Origin: an uncultured bacterium | GTDB lineage: Bacteria > Babelota > Babeliae > Babelales > Babelaceae | Assembly (NCBI GenBank): GCA_963824495.1 | Contig: CAWGPQ010000011.1 | Coordinates: 96,001-160,000, forward strand | Length of the DNA stretch: 64,000 nt | Direction of reading: 5' to 3' | Shown: piece after piece, positions 9,760 to 20,025 of the stretch | Layout: the number at the start of each line of letters is the position of its first letter | Numbering within the stretch: the first letter of the stretch is position 1 | The notes under the pieces: generated by a model | Database searches by the model: none | What the model was told of the DNA's origin: nothing | Seen by the model: only the letters and a program-made list of their open reading frames with translations | Position numbers and translations under genes: made by a program

Positions 9760-10551
9760 ATGAAATCTACTTTTACCTCTCTGCTTATTATACTTGCAGG
9801 GGTTCTTACGTACAGCTTACCTCTCGCTGGCCATTCAGGAACACATGGTCGGCATGATACTCGGGCTTATAGTGTCTTAGAGTCACTCGATATTTATGAA
9901 GATGGCGCATTAGATCATGCAAAACGCATCTATATGACAACACATGGTCTTATGGAACCCTCTCATGAAATCCACCAGATAGCTCAAGAAGCACTTGCTT
10001 ATTCTGATATTACTTCTCCGGTTATTGTTCTTGAAGACCCTCATGTTGATAATCCAGATGGTAGTGTAATAGAATTCCCTGGCTATGCCTTTCTAGTTCT
10101 CAAATCGCTTACGCAGGGAACAGCGCTTGAGCGGAACTCACGAATATTTGCAGCATATCATGAATGTGGTCATGTGTACTATCATCATTCACCACAGCGC
10201 CAAAAAACCAGCTTGTCATTACTCTGGCCCTATCTTTCTCGCCTTTTGAGTGTCTTTAATTTTCGCTCACCCTATCGTACCTATGCCCTACCTGCAGCAT
10301 ACTCTCAAGCCTACGCTGCCCATACCGCTCTTAATTGGTTGTTAACTTCTAAGTTTTGCCAACAACTTATTGCAAAGGGCCAGCGTGCCCGAGAAAAGGA
10401 GGCTGATCTTTTTGCTTGTCAGCAGCTGGCACAAGCAGGTCGCAATGAAATAATCGAGCAAGAATTATATACGCTGCGTGTAGAAGATGATGAGCACCCA
10501 AGCAATGCCGAAAGATCACAGTATATTGGTGAATTTCTTGAACAGCTATAG
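9760..10551 (+). CDS. Secreted M48-like zinc metallopeptidase
   Basis: Signal peptide, HECGH (HExxH), EKEAD and HPS..ER motifs. Confidence 0.75.
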   Translation: MKSTFTSLLIILAGVLTYSLPLAGHSGTHGRHDTRAYSVLESLDIYEDGALDHAKRIYMTTHGLMEPSHEIHQIAQEALAYSDITSPVIVLEDPHVDNPDGSVIEFPGYAFLVLKSLTQGTALERNSRIFAAYHECGHVYYHHSPQRQKTSLSLLWPYLSRLLSVFNFRSPYRTYALPAAYSQAYAAHTALNWLLTSKFCQQLIAKGQRAREKEADLFACQQLAQAGRNEIIEQELYTLRVEDDEHPSNAERSQYIGEFLEQL

Positions 10552-11886
10552 CTATAGACTATGCGTAGTGGCACCATGCGCAACCAGTAGTTCCCTAATA
10601 GCATAATGTTCGCCATCTGTTGCGTAATCCAAAGCACTTTTACCACTTTGATCGGTGCTGTTAATAGTGGGCTTGTAGGTTAAAAGAAGCCTAACAATGT
10701 CTTCATAACCGTGATCGGCTGCTAATATGAGGGGTGTTCTACCCTGTGGGTTAGTACGATTAACACTAACACCCCGCTCTAAAAACATCTGCACAAGCTG
10801 AACGTTTTGTTTAATAATTACGAAGTTAAACAAAGGGCCTAGTACTTGCGCACATTGGTCGGTAGGCAATGCATCTAGCAAGAGCGTTACTATCTGCACA
10901 TGTTCATAAACTACTGCAAGCATAAGGGGAGTAGAGCGGCTCTTGTTCGAAAAATTAATTGTAGCTGCCACACCAGGATGAGCTAAGAGTATTTCCACGA
11001 GCTCTGGTCGACCCTGTATTGTCGCGTGATGCAGCGGTGTAGAGCCATTGCTATCGACAAGGGTAGGATCTGCTCCGCGCTCAAGTAATACTTTAACAAT
11101 AGCATCATTGTTACCCTGAGCTGCGTTACCCTGAGCTGCTATATGCAGAGGCGTTTGGCCTTGATTATCACGCTCATCAACGTCTATAGTATGCGCTAGA
11201 GCTGCCGCAACTGCTTGTAAATTACCCTGGCGCACTATCTGATGGAGCCCGAGACGTTTAGGTTGAAGCTTGCCGAAAAGTCTTGTGCGTAAGCTTTGAT
11301 CTGCCTGACTTAATTCAGGGGTCTTATTAAATGGCATGAGCAGCTGTACAATATCTTGATAGCCGGCCTGCTGAGCGTAGTGCACAGGGGTTACTTCGTC
11401 ATAGTTTTTGGTATCAGCTTGAGCATTATAAGCCATAAGCAATGCAACAATTTCGGGCCGATTATGAATAGCTGCATAATGGAGGGGCGTTTCACCCTTA
11501 ATAGTGCGCTTTTCCGCCAGGGCTCCCGCTCGTAAAAGCATATGAACCGCTTCTTTGCTATGTGCATGCACAGCGTAATGGAGAGGGACAAGCTCACTGC
11601 TACCACTTGGCTTATTAACATCAGCATGATACTGAAGAAGTAGCTCAATAGCCGCTAGGTTACCCTCTTGTGCTGCTTTTCCTAAAAGGGTGATATTCGT
11701 ATCGTTAACACAACAATCAGGGTTTGCTTGCTGCTGTAAAAGCTCTGCAACCGTGGCAAGGTCAGACTTGTTGAAAGCATTTTTGAGGCATTCTTCAAGT
11801 GCTTTGCGTTGATTATCCATACTATAACACCCATAGGGTATAGTTATTGTACTGACGAGAAAACACCTACGCAAAAATTTTGTCAT
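10552..11886 (-). CDS. Secreted ankyrin-repeat protein
   Basis: Signal peptide, ~11 ankyrin repeats; 15-bp tandem duplication at 11110-11139 (AAQGN x2). Confidence 0.92.
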   Translation of the reverse strand: MTKFLRRCFLVSTITIPYGCYSMDNQRKALEECLKNAFNKSDLATVAELLQQQANPDCCVNDTNITLLGKAAQEGNLAAIELLLQYHADVNKPSGSSELVPLHYAVHAHSKEAVHMLLRAGALAEKRTIKGETPLHYAAIHNRPEIVALLMAYNAQADTKNYDEVTPVHYAQQAGYQDIVQLLMPFNKTPELSQADQSLRTRLFGKLQPKRLGLHQIVRQGNLQAVAAALAHTIDVDERDNQGQTPLHIAAQGNAAQGNNDAIVKVLLERGADPTLVDSNGSTPLHHATIQGRPELVEILLAHPGVAATINFSNKSRSTPLMLAVVYEHVQIVTLLLDALPTDQCAQVLGPLFNFVIIKQNVQLVQMFLERGVSVNRTNPQGRTPLILAADHGYEDIVRLLLTYKPTINSTDQSGKSALDYATDGEHYAIRELLVAHGATTHSL

Positions 11887-12731
11887 GCTATGGTTCTTGC
11901 AAAAAAATTTAAGCCTTCAAAGATCCATGCTACTATATTCCCGAGTTGTGACTGATTATCTGACGGGTAGTCATGACTAGCGTCCAAACCACTCTGTGCA
12001 TTATGAGACTTAAGCAGGTCTATGATGCTTGAATTGTTTGTTTTATTCGCCCAATCAAGAGCCGTTAAGCCTTGACGATCACACGTATTAATCTGAGCCT
12101 TGTTTTCTATCAGTAACTTAACGATGCAAGCTTGGCCGTTCATAACTGCTATAATAAGGGGTGTCCAACCAAGACTATTGGTATAATTAACGGTGTCAGG
12201 GTCACTCTTTACTAGCAGCTCAACGTTTTTACTATCTCCACGTTGAGCTGCTAGGAGCACAAAATTCTCAGCAGTACGCGGCGCGCTATAGCATAAAAGC
12301 AATCTTACAAGAGAAGCGTCAGTAACAGCCTGCTTTGTTACAACACGGGAAGCATTGGCACCTGCTCTTAAAAGCATATGCGCTGCCTCAAAATTATTAT
12401 TATCAACTGCATACTGCAATGGGCTGAGCTGATTGCTTCCCAACTTATTAAGGTTAGCATGATAATAATGCAAGAGCACTTCAAGAGCACCCAGATTATT
12501 ACGCTGAGCAGCATCTTGAAGAAGTGTTAAGTTGGTCTGCATGCTTATGTGGTCAACATCTGCTTCATTATATTTTAATAGTTCTGCAAGCATTGCGGTA
12601 TCACCTATGCTTATAGCATATGCAGCAGCTTCATTAAGATCAACGGGATAGCCCTGCATACTTAAGATCATAGTAGGAGCCAAGAGGGGTATAGAAAAAA
12701 ATAGTTTATACAGTACATTCATGATGTTCAC
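11883..12731 (-). CDS. Secreted ankyrin-repeat protein
   Basis: Signal peptide, ankyrin repeats; 4-bp overlap with the downstream ank gene. Confidence 0.9.
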   Translation of the reverse strand: MNIMNVLYKLFFSIPLLAPTMILSMQGYPVDLNEAAAYAISIGDTAMLAELLKYNEADVDHISMQTNLTLLQDAAQRNNLGALEVLLHYYHANLNKLGSNQLSPLQYAVDNNNFEAAHMLLRAGANASRVVTKQAVTDASLVRLLLCYSAPRTAENFVLLAAQRGDSKNVELLVKSDPDTVNYTNSLGWTPLIIAVMNGQACIVKLLIENKAQINTCDRQGLTALDWANKTNNSSIIDLLKSHNAQSGLDASHDYPSDNQSQLGNIVAWIFEGLNFFARTIA

Positions 12732-12810
12732 GCAAGGCCTTTCAGCATACTTTATAAGTATTACTTAAGAGTACCAGAATTAATATTTTTTTCGTAGTTT
12801 CAAGCAGATA

Positions 12811-13038
12811 CTAATGTGAATGGGGTCGGCACTCATACTCAAAAGTTTGAGCAAGCTTACTTGAGCGACCTGTTTTATGAAAAAGAAAATTGGGATTTGA
12901 GTCTTGGCGTGCCAAATTACGCCCAATAGGCCTTAAGGGACATCTTAAGGAATAGGGACGAGCCTGTAGAGTACTAGATAGAGCAACCGCGAGTACTATC
13001 ATGAAGACTAAGACTAATTGGCTAAGCTTTTCGAACAT
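12811..13038 (-). CDS. Small secreted hypothetical protein
   Basis: TAAGGA RBS; signal peptide ending LQA; basic mature part. Confidence 0.6.
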   Translation of the reverse strand: MFEKLSQLVLVFMIVLAVALSSTLQARPYSLRCPLRPIGRNLARQDSNPNFLFHKTGRSSKLAQTFEYECRPHSH

Positions 13039-13065
13039 AGTAATCCTTACTTTAAATACCTTGCT

Positions 13066-14034
13066 TTAAATACCTTTTTCTGCCAAAAGATCATTTAAGC
13101 GTCGTTCAGGTGCAGCTTCTCTTCGCTTGATGCGTTCAATATCACCTAAATACAGCTCTGTTGTTGTAGGTGCTGCGTGGCGCATTGCCAATTGAACTTC
13201 ATACAGTGAAGCACCTGCTTTAATTGATAAAACGCCAAACGTATGGCGTAAGCTATGAGCAGTTAAACGCTTGCTATTAATGCCTACGTGACGCAAATAA
13301 CGCTTGATTAATCGCGAGAGGGAAAACGTTGTGATGCGCTTACCATAATTTCGATCGCTTACTGAGGGAAAAAGCGGCTCAGCGGTGCTATTCGGTTTCC
13401 GAGCCCGTAAGTACTCAAGAATAGGGTTTAATGCCTCTGCCGTAAGGACCACAAAATCATCTTTACCATCGCGGCCCTTACCCCGTACCCAAAGCGTGGC
13501 CTCATTATCCTCATGATCCTCACGATGAATATCTGCGATATCAGCACGAACGATCTCTATAAGACGCAACCCTGTCCTAAAAAGCAGATTAATAAGAGCA
13601 AAATCACGCTTTCCCTGAATCGTATCACGCTTAATTGCTCCAAGCACAAGCTTAATGTGCTCTATGGTGAGTGAATCTTTTTGATGACTTTTCATTGCCT
13701 TTTTAGCACCTTTAATACCCTTGGCTATATTCGGGTATATCTTGAGACCCTCTGCCCATTCAAAGAATTTACGAACAACAACCAGATAGGCAGAACGAGT
13801 AAATGGCCGCAATCCCCGAGCATCCAGGCTTTCTTTATAGGCAAGAATAGTCTCGCGCGTTGGACTATGGATATTGCGCTCGATAAACCAAACAAAAAAC
13901 TGCTTAAGCCCATTACGATATGTTATGCGTGAAGCTGGATTGACATCTTGATCAGCAATAAATCGATCAATAAGGTTCATAAAGCCTTCATGGAGATTAG
14001 CTATTTTATCTTGAGTAACAAGAATATCATGCAT
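13066..14034 (-). CDS. Tyrosine recombinase, XerC/XerD-like
   Basis: TGLR, GKG, HSLRH, RH..., LY catalytic motifs; N-terminal SAM-like domain. Confidence 0.9.
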   Translation of the reverse strand: MHDILVTQDKIANLHEGFMNLIDRFIADQDVNPASRITYRNGLKQFFVWFIERNIHSPTRETILAYKESLDARGLRPFTRSAYLVVVRKFFEWAEGLKIYPNIAKGIKGAKKAMKSHQKDSLTIEHIKLVLGAIKRDTIQGKRDFALINLLFRTGLRLIEIVRADIADIHREDHEDNEATLWVRGKGRDGKDDFVVLTAEALNPILEYLRARKPNSTAEPLFPSVSDRNYGKRITTFSLSRLIKRYLRHVGINSKRLTAHSLRHTFGVLSIKAGASLYEVQLAMRHAAPTTTELYLGDIERIKRREAAPERRLNDLLAEKGI

Positions 14035-14272
14035 AGATTAGTATCCCTCTCGATTTTAATGAGATGTTCTTGAGATATAGCATAGCACGAGTATTCTGGG
14101 TATTCATAGAAGGGATAGATAGTAGCACTAGCTTCTAAAAAATCATCATGGGTTTTTTCGCGATGCCTTGATCTGGTATTTGCAAAACTATTGCCTTAGG
14201 GCTATACATAATTCTATAATAGAAATTAAACACATAGCAAAATTCTATAAAATATCTAAGAGATGGGATACC

Positions 14273-14860
14273 ATGAATAAAAACGTGAATAAAAATAAGA
14301 TAGTGTTACTCGGTATGATCGTATGCGCAAGTGCATTTTTAGCTCAAGCTGTCGATCAAGCTTCCACTTCTTTTTTTTCTAGGCTACGCCAGCACGCTGA
14401 GAAACTGCTTGTATCTGCACAACACTATTTAAGAAGCGCAGATAAAATCGACAAGGCTCTTGCATCAGATAACCCAGCTCGATATGAGCGTATCGCCAAA
14501 ACTCATGCAGCTACCATGAGGATTGAAGCACAGGATCTTCTATATGATGCCCAGGAATTACAACATGCTGTCCAGACAACATCTCTAGCTTTTCGCCACG
14601 AAGAGGGATACCAGATTATTGAAAAAATCATACATCATGCTGATGATATAATAAAAATTGCCAATGACGCTCTTAGGCGTGCGCATGAGCTTGAAACTGC
14701 TCCAGCTGCTGCACGTAAACAATTACTTCAAAGCTATGCGCGTGATGCACGCACTGAGGCAATACGAGAAATCCAAGATGGACAAAAGCTTAAGGATGAT
14801 GTTCAGACTCTTGTATTAGACTGCACCTCTTCACACAGCGACGTAAAAATAATTGCTTAA
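14273..14860 (+). CDS. Secreted helical protein (paralog cluster 1/4)
   Basis: Signal peptide ending AQA; Ala/Gln/Arg-rich helical repeats. Confidence 0.75.
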   Translation: MNKNVNKNKIVLLGMIVCASAFLAQAVDQASTSFFSRLRQHAEKLLVSAQHYLRSADKIDKALASDNPARYERIAKTHAATMRIEAQDLLYDAQELQHAVQTTSLAFRHEEGYQIIEKIIHHADDIIKIANDALRRAHELETAPAAARKQLLQSYARDARTEAIREIQDGQKLKDDVQTLVLDCTSSHSDVKIIA

Positions 14861-14940
14861 AAAGATCATTAGCGAAAACTCTTGTTTTTTACTTATTTCT
14901 AACTGTATAATTAATAATAGAATATTTATAAGGAGATTTC

Positions 14941-15696
14941 ATGAAGAAACCGCTCTTGCTATCTATAGGTATACTGTTCTGTAATTTTTTGGCTTATGCC
15001 CAACGTTACGAAACGGGCATAGGTCAGTTTACTGACATGGTTATACAGAATGCACGTGAAATGGAGAGAGATGCACGTATGCTTGAATCAGCAACAACAA
15101 GAAGTTGCCAAGAGCTTAAACGCGTAGCGAAAAATCAAGCGCGTAAATATCGAACTGAAGCGAAACGCATGAAAGCAGCTGCTGAAATAACAGCAGGACA
15201 CCGTAAAGAAGATCGCTATCGTCGCCGTTGGCATACTAGAGAAAGATGGCGAAGAAGACATCGTGCTCGAGAAGTTGCTTCATCGACAACAGCAGCAACA
15301 ACACCAACAACACCAACTCCACAACCAGCGGCACCAACTTTATCACTGCCTGCCTTACCATCACCGGATGGATCAGGAGCTAGCGTAAGTGCCGTTTCAA
15401 CGCAACAACCTACTACGAGCAACCTTATTGCAACACAGGCACCTCCCTCTATAGCAGGCGCACCAGACACTGATATTGCTCAAACATTAACCTCTGATAC
15501 TCCCCCTCTCCCTAATAGCACGAGCAATGGCGCTGCTTCAACGATTACTTCTAGCGGCACAAGTAACGGTACAGATAGTACGAGCCCTGGAACTCCCCCT
15601 AGCGGCACAGATGACGGTACAAGTAATAGCACAGAAAGTGCCGACAGCAATACATCTGGATTAACAAAGTCGGACCAAACAAGCTCGAGTGACTAA
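14941..15696 (+). CDS. Secreted helical protein with Arg-rich patch and Ser/Thr/Pro-rich tail (paralog cluster 2/4)
   Basis: AAGGAG RBS, signal peptide ending AYA; similarity to the next gene (VIQ..DAR.LE.A...C.EL.RVA..QA.K.R.EA). Confidence 0.8.
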   Translation: MKKPLLLSIGILFCNFLAYAQRYETGIGQFTDMVIQNAREMERDARMLESATTRSCQELKRVAKNQARKYRTEAKRMKAAAEITAGHRKEDRYRRRWHTRERWRRRHRAREVASSTTAATTPTTPTPQPAAPTLSLPALPSPDGSGASVSAVSTQQPTTSNLIATQAPPSIAGAPDTDIAQTLTSDTPPLPNSTSNGAASTITSSGTSNGTDSTSPGTPPSGTDDGTSNSTESADSNTSGLTKSDQTSSSD

Positions 15697-15738
15697 TTGA
15701 ACTATTAATTTAACCTAATTAAAAACAAAGGAGGTTTT

Positions 15739-16218
15739 ATGAAGAAAATTATACTAGGGTTATTTTCGTTAGTCTTTGGATTGGTCTTTGGTATGCAAGG
15801 CCAAGTCCCGGATCAGCAATATGGTCCACAAAGATTGGGTCCTCAAGAATTTATTACGCTAGTTATACAATATACAAATACGCTTCTTAAAGATGCTCAA
15901 CAGCATATGCAAGATGCACGCCAGCTAGAAGCTGCCAAAACGTGCGATGAACTTGAGCGGGTCGCACTACAGCAAGCAGCAAAAAAGAGAAGCGAAGCGC
16001 TTAAGGCTCGTCAAGATGCAAAAAATCTTAAATCTGCAGCACAAGCAGCACGACAAGAAATAAAAGCACGACGTGCTCAACAACAAGCCCAACCCAGAGC
16101 AGGACGACAAAGAGTGCCTAGTACAGGCATACAACAAGCTGCTCCATCGAGAACATCAGGGTTATCAGTCAGAACGCCAACTCCACTACCAACTTCCGCA
16201 AGTAGTCTTACTCTATAA
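15739..16218 (+). CDS. Secreted helical protein (paralog cluster 3/4)
   Basis: AAGGAGG RBS, signal peptide, shared motif with the upstream gene. Confidence 0.8.
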   Translation: MKKIILGLFSLVFGLVFGMQGQVPDQQYGPQRLGPQEFITLVIQYTNTLLKDAQQHMQDARQLEAAKTCDELERVALQQAAKKRSEALKARQDAKNLKSAAQAARQEIKARRAQQQAQPRAGRQRVPSTGIQQAAPSRTSGLSVRTPTPLPTSASSLTL

Positions 16219-16233
16219 TTGAGATTGTTCAGG

Positions 16234-16262
16234 AGGCCTGAGCAATGAGGCCTATTTTTTTG
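16234..16262 (+). terminator. Rho-independent terminator
   Basis: AGGCCT..AGGCCT stem followed by a T7 run. Confidence 0.6.
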
Positions 16263-16403
16263 CTTAAAATAGCATACCTGCGCCTTTATTAAAAGATGCT
16301 ACAAGCAACTCTTGATTTATTTTTTTAGCAAACTGTATATTAATTATGTATATTTAATTAAGAGAATGTATAAAATAATCTTCACAACCCAAAGGAGACG
16401 ATA

Positions 16404-17156
16404 ATGACAAAAAGAGTATTGCAAGCCCTGAGCTTAAGCATGTTGCTTGTGCTGCCACAGGCATACGCTATGCATACACGTGATGCGGACGACTCATCAC
16501 CGGTACACCGCTTATTAACGAGCATTAATGATCATGCTACTGAGCGGGAAAGAACATTTCCTGAATATCGCAAAACAGCACAGCATCTTGAAGGACTTGC
16601 CAAAGGGGCAGCAGAGGAAGAATTGACAACATCCGCTGTTCAAATAGGTGAAATGCTTACTAATCAAGCTGCTAGAATTATCGATGCAGCTCAAACCCTT
16701 CTTGAACAAGCCCGTGAAGCACAAACTCATTTAAAATCATATCTTGAGCAATGCGATACAGCACTTAAACAAACAGGAGGCGGCTCACGACGTCAGGGCA
16801 GTTCCCAGATGGCCGTGCTTGTTCATAAAGCTGGCGATTATCATAAAAAGATGCAAGCACGAGGTCAAGAATTTGAACGTATAGCTTCAAAGCTTACCAA
16901 TCCAGGACAACGTGGTCAGCTTAAGTCAGCCGTAAAGTTTGTTACTATCAAGTTACATAATGAAGCCCAAAGTGGGCCTAAAGAGCTTGGAGGCTTAGTT
17001 GCAGCAGCTCGTGCCCTTAAAGACGCGTTAGTATCGCTGACAAATCAATGTGATGCCGCAATAGCGCAAGCAGGGCGATTATCTGATCAAGATGGTAGCG
17101 AACTAGCTCAAGGGGCAGCCATGGGAGGAGAAGCAGAACTTTCAGCCGGCAGTTAA
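16404..17156 (+). CDS. Secreted helical protein with internal duplication (paralog cluster 4/4)
   Basis: AAGGAG RBS, signal peptide ending AYA; two repeats ending in QCD.A. Confidence 0.8.
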   Translation: MTKRVLQALSLSMLLVLPQAYAMHTRDADDSSPVHRLLTSINDHATERERTFPEYRKTAQHLEGLAKGAAEEELTTSAVQIGEMLTNQAARIIDAAQTLLEQAREAQTHLKSYLEQCDTALKQTGGGSRRQGSSQMAVLVHKAGDYHKKMQARGQEFERIASKLTNPGQRGQLKSAVKFVTIKLHNEAQSGPKELGGLVAAARALKDALVSLTNQCDAAIAQAGRLSDQDGSELAQGAAMGGEAELSAGS

Positions 17157-17187
17157 TCACAACAAAGTCTAGCAATACCCCACACTC

Positions 17188-17224
17188 TAACAGGAAGGAC
17201 AGATGTCTTTCCTGTTATTTTTTT
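17188..17224 (+). terminator. Rho-independent terminator
   Basis: TAACAGGAAGGAA-like arm pairs with TGTCTTTCCTGTTA, followed by a T run. Confidence 0.7.
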
Positions 17225-17302
17225 AACGTGGTGTTTATGGCAAGCCTATGGTATACTACATTAGTAATGCTTTTGAACGTATATAAGCAAAGTATATAAG
17301 TT

Positions 17303-18721
17303 ATGAACACCAAACTTCCTGACATTAAAAAAGAATTTTCAGACTGGTATCAAGAAGTAGTCTATCAAGCAGAATTGGCTGATTTGGCTCCTATTCGCGG
17401 ATGCATCGTAATTCGTCCCTACGGTTACGCTCTCTGGGAAAATATCCAAAAAATCTTGGATACTAAGATTAAAGAAACTGGGCATCACAATGCTGCATTC
17501 CCTCTGCTTATCCCACAGTCGTTCTTACAGAAAGAAGCTGATCATATTGAAGGCTTTGCTCCTGAACTTGCTATTGTAACCTATGCAGGCGGTAAAGAGC
17601 TTGAAGAGCCTTTAGTTGTGCGTCCAACATCAGAAACAATTATTCACTATATGTTTGCCCGTTGGCTTACCTCATGGCGTGATCTGCCAATAAAAGTTAA
17701 CCAATGGTGTAGCGTTGTGCGCTGGGAAATGCGTACGCGTCCATTTTTACGCACAACAGAATTTTGGTGGCAGGAGGGACATACAGCACATGAGACACGT
17801 GAAGAAGCTGAAGCTGAAGCACGACTTATGCATGCAGAGTATGTCGATTTGATGGAAAACTATCTTGCTATCCCTGTCGTTGCTGGAGCCAAACCGGAGA
17901 GTGAACGATTTGCTGGTGCTGATGTTACCCTAACACTGGAAGGCCTTATGCAGGATGGCCGAGCGCTTCAAATGGGCACATCGCACATGATTTCCCAAAA
18001 CTTTGCAAAGGCGTTTAATATGACGTTTCAAGATCGCCAGGGTGGTATGGCCTATCCCTACTTGACGAGTTGGGCTGTGACAACACGTCTTATTGGTGCC
18101 ATTATTATGGTACACGGCGACCAGCGGGGTCTTGTTTTGCCTCCACGTATAGCACCAATTCAGCTTGTGATAGTACCTATCTTTAAAGCTGACTCTCGCG
18201 ATACTGTTATGGCATATGTTCAACAAGTTGTTCAACAACTTGATAACACTATTCGTGTGCATATCGATAGCGATGAGCATCTTACGCCAGGAGCTAAATT
18301 TTACAAATGGGAACTTAAAGGGATACCACTTCGCTTAGAAATTGGTCCACGCGAGGTACAAAACAACGAAGTTATTGTTACTGATCGCTTGCGCCTTGCA
18401 CAATCAGCATGTCCGCTATCGGCTCTTAATGATTGCGTTAAAGATCGTCTTGAAGCGTTTCAAAAAATACTGTACCAGCGCGCACTTGATTATCGTACCG
18501 CTTCATGGCACAAGAGAGAAAAACTTGCTGATTTTCAGGAAGATCTTGAAACTAAGGGCGGCTTTTATCAAACAGGCTGGTGCCGACGACCAGAATGTGA
18601 AGCACGTGTTAAAGCTCTTAAAGCAACAATACGATCTGTGCTAGATGAACACGTCTTTAAGACCTGCTTTAATTGTGATCTTGAAAGCCCAAGCGATGTC
18701 TTAATCGCTAAAGCTTACTAG
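17303..18721 (+). CDS. proS: Proline--tRNA ligase, archaeal/eukaryotic type (no INS editing domain)
   Basis: VRPTSET, FLRTTEFWWQEGHT, GTSH motifs; C-terminal Zn domain ending AKAY. Confidence 0.97.
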   Translation: MNTKLPDIKKEFSDWYQEVVYQAELADLAPIRGCIVIRPYGYALWENIQKILDTKIKETGHHNAAFPLLIPQSFLQKEADHIEGFAPELAIVTYAGGKELEEPLVVRPTSETIIHYMFARWLTSWRDLPIKVNQWCSVVRWEMRTRPFLRTTEFWWQEGHTAHETREEAEAEARLMHAEYVDLMENYLAIPVVAGAKPESERFAGADVTLTLEGLMQDGRALQMGTSHMISQNFAKAFNMTFQDRQGGMAYPYLTSWAVTTRLIGAIIMVHGDQRGLVLPPRIAPIQLVIVPIFKADSRDTVMAYVQQVVQQLDNTIRVHIDSDEHLTPGAKFYKWELKGIPLRLEIGPREVQNNEVIVTDRLRLAQSACPLSALNDCVKDRLEAFQKILYQRALDYRTASWHKREKLADFQEDLETKGGFYQTGWCRRPECEARVKALKATIRSVLDEHVFKTCFNCDLESPSDVLIAKAY

Positions 18722-18881
18722 AGAGAATCGTGATTGCTTTATGGCTTTCCCTTTTTTCTTCGATAGCTGATTTTAACTCTTCAAGTTTCTTAAGATTAGT
18801 GCCTGTCTCATAGGAATATTTTACGGCAAAGGCAAACGAAGGAATAGCAGCACCAAGGGCACCTAATGAAATCACCTTGGC
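18708..18881 (-). pseudogene. Orphan C-terminal fragment of a paralog of 20026..20835
   Basis: Manual translation AKVISLGALGAAIPSFAFAVKYSYETGTNLKKLEELKSAIEEK... resembles ARVILLASLSCAILLPVFAFKSYY...LEELEKLQAAINNQ. Confidence 0.55.
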
Positions 18882-19136
18882 TATAGTGGCTCCTTTTCTA
18901 GAGGTATTACTGCAGTATTATCAAGTGCTTGTGTTGCAAATAGAAGGCATGCAAAAATATCTTCTTTTGTTAGGTTATTAGATTCCTCTAAAATGTCAGC
19001 TATCGTCATACCTTGCTCAAAAAGTCCTAGAATATATTGAACAGTTAAGCGTATACCTGTTATGACTGGCTTACCGGTCATAACATGGGGGATCTATGAT
19101 AATCCGCTTAAGGAGCGCTAGTCTACCTATCGCCAT
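18881..19136 (-). pseudogene. DUF433 family antitoxin-like protein, +1 frameshift in the G5 run (19087-19091)
   Basis: RIIIDP|HVMTGKPVITGIRLTV...GMTIADILEE..NLTKEDIFACLLFA is the DUF433 pattern; no PIN toxin follows. Confidence 0.8.
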
Positions 19137-19232
19137 ACAAAAACTTTCGGCTTAAAAAAAACATACAAGGCTGCTATCTCTTGAAGTATAGCACAAACAT
19201 TAATCAGATTGAAAATAAACTATAGAATAAAC

Positions 19233-20006
19233 CTATTCCTGCTTGCTTGCTAGAGCAGTATTATTAAGCGCTTGCGCCGTTTCAAGTGTCTTTAGTTTTC
19301 TAGTAAGTAATTCCTTAAAAAACTCCAGCATCTGTGCTTCATCCCTGTGTGTAAGATATGACACGAGCGCATCATTAATTTGAAAAATTGCATTTGCTGT
19401 AAAATAACCAGATGCCACAAGAGCGACAAGAATCTGGGTATAGAGCATTGCAGTGAATCTCCATGGTTCCATGGCAAAGCCAGGGCCTAGTATGTAATTA
19501 TTTTGATTAGATGCAATTCCAAAAGCAAGTCGATTAAAAAGCCTAGCACTTGGCCTGGAAACAGTAACAACTGGTAAACTAGCGGCACTTTGCACAGTTT
19601 TAATATAAGAAAAGAGTTTATAGGCAGAAAAACCAGAAACGATAGCAACTGGTATACATTCCAGGAAAGAGCTAACACTTTTGGAATTAATAAGATTAAT
19701 TTTCTCATGTACGAGATCTATGTAGTACTTACACCGATCAGCGGAAGCACAATGATCGATGTAATCGTGTGCTTGCATATAGTCATGGCTTTCTAACGCC
19801 TTACTTAAGGTGTCAGCATGAGCATTGGAAATCGGCTTATCTTTATCAGCAAATATTTCAAGAAGATATCCATCAAGTTCTTCTTCGGTAAACTCACTAA
19901 ATTCTTTATCGGGTACTTGGATAATCTCTTTTTCGGGTAGATCTGAATTACCCAGAAGATGAAACGTTGCCGCCAGCACAATACATGGTATAAGTTTACT
20001 GTTCAT
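19233..20006 (-). CDS. Secreted/membrane hypothetical protein (paralog of next gene)
   Basis: AGGAG RBS, signal peptide, two TM segments, C-terminal coiled coil. Confidence 0.75.
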   Translation of the reverse strand: MNSKLIPCIVLAATFHLLGNSDLPEKEIIQVPDKEFSEFTEEELDGYLLEIFADKDKPISNAHADTLSKALESHDYMQAHDYIDHCASADRCKYYIDLVHEKINLINSKSVSSFLECIPVAIVSGFSAYKLFSYIKTVQSAASLPVVTVSRPSARLFNRLAFGIASNQNNYILGPGFAMEPWRFTAMLYTQILVALVASGYFTANAIFQINDALVSYLTHRDEAQMLEFFKELLTRKLKTLETAQALNNTALASKQE

Positions 20007-20025
20007 TAAATGCTCCTAAAGCTAG

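Noticed and set aside
13066..14034. Integrative element bounded by the tyrosine recombinase
   Set aside because: No att repeats, tRNA target or other mobility genes seen; it may be a chromosomal Xer
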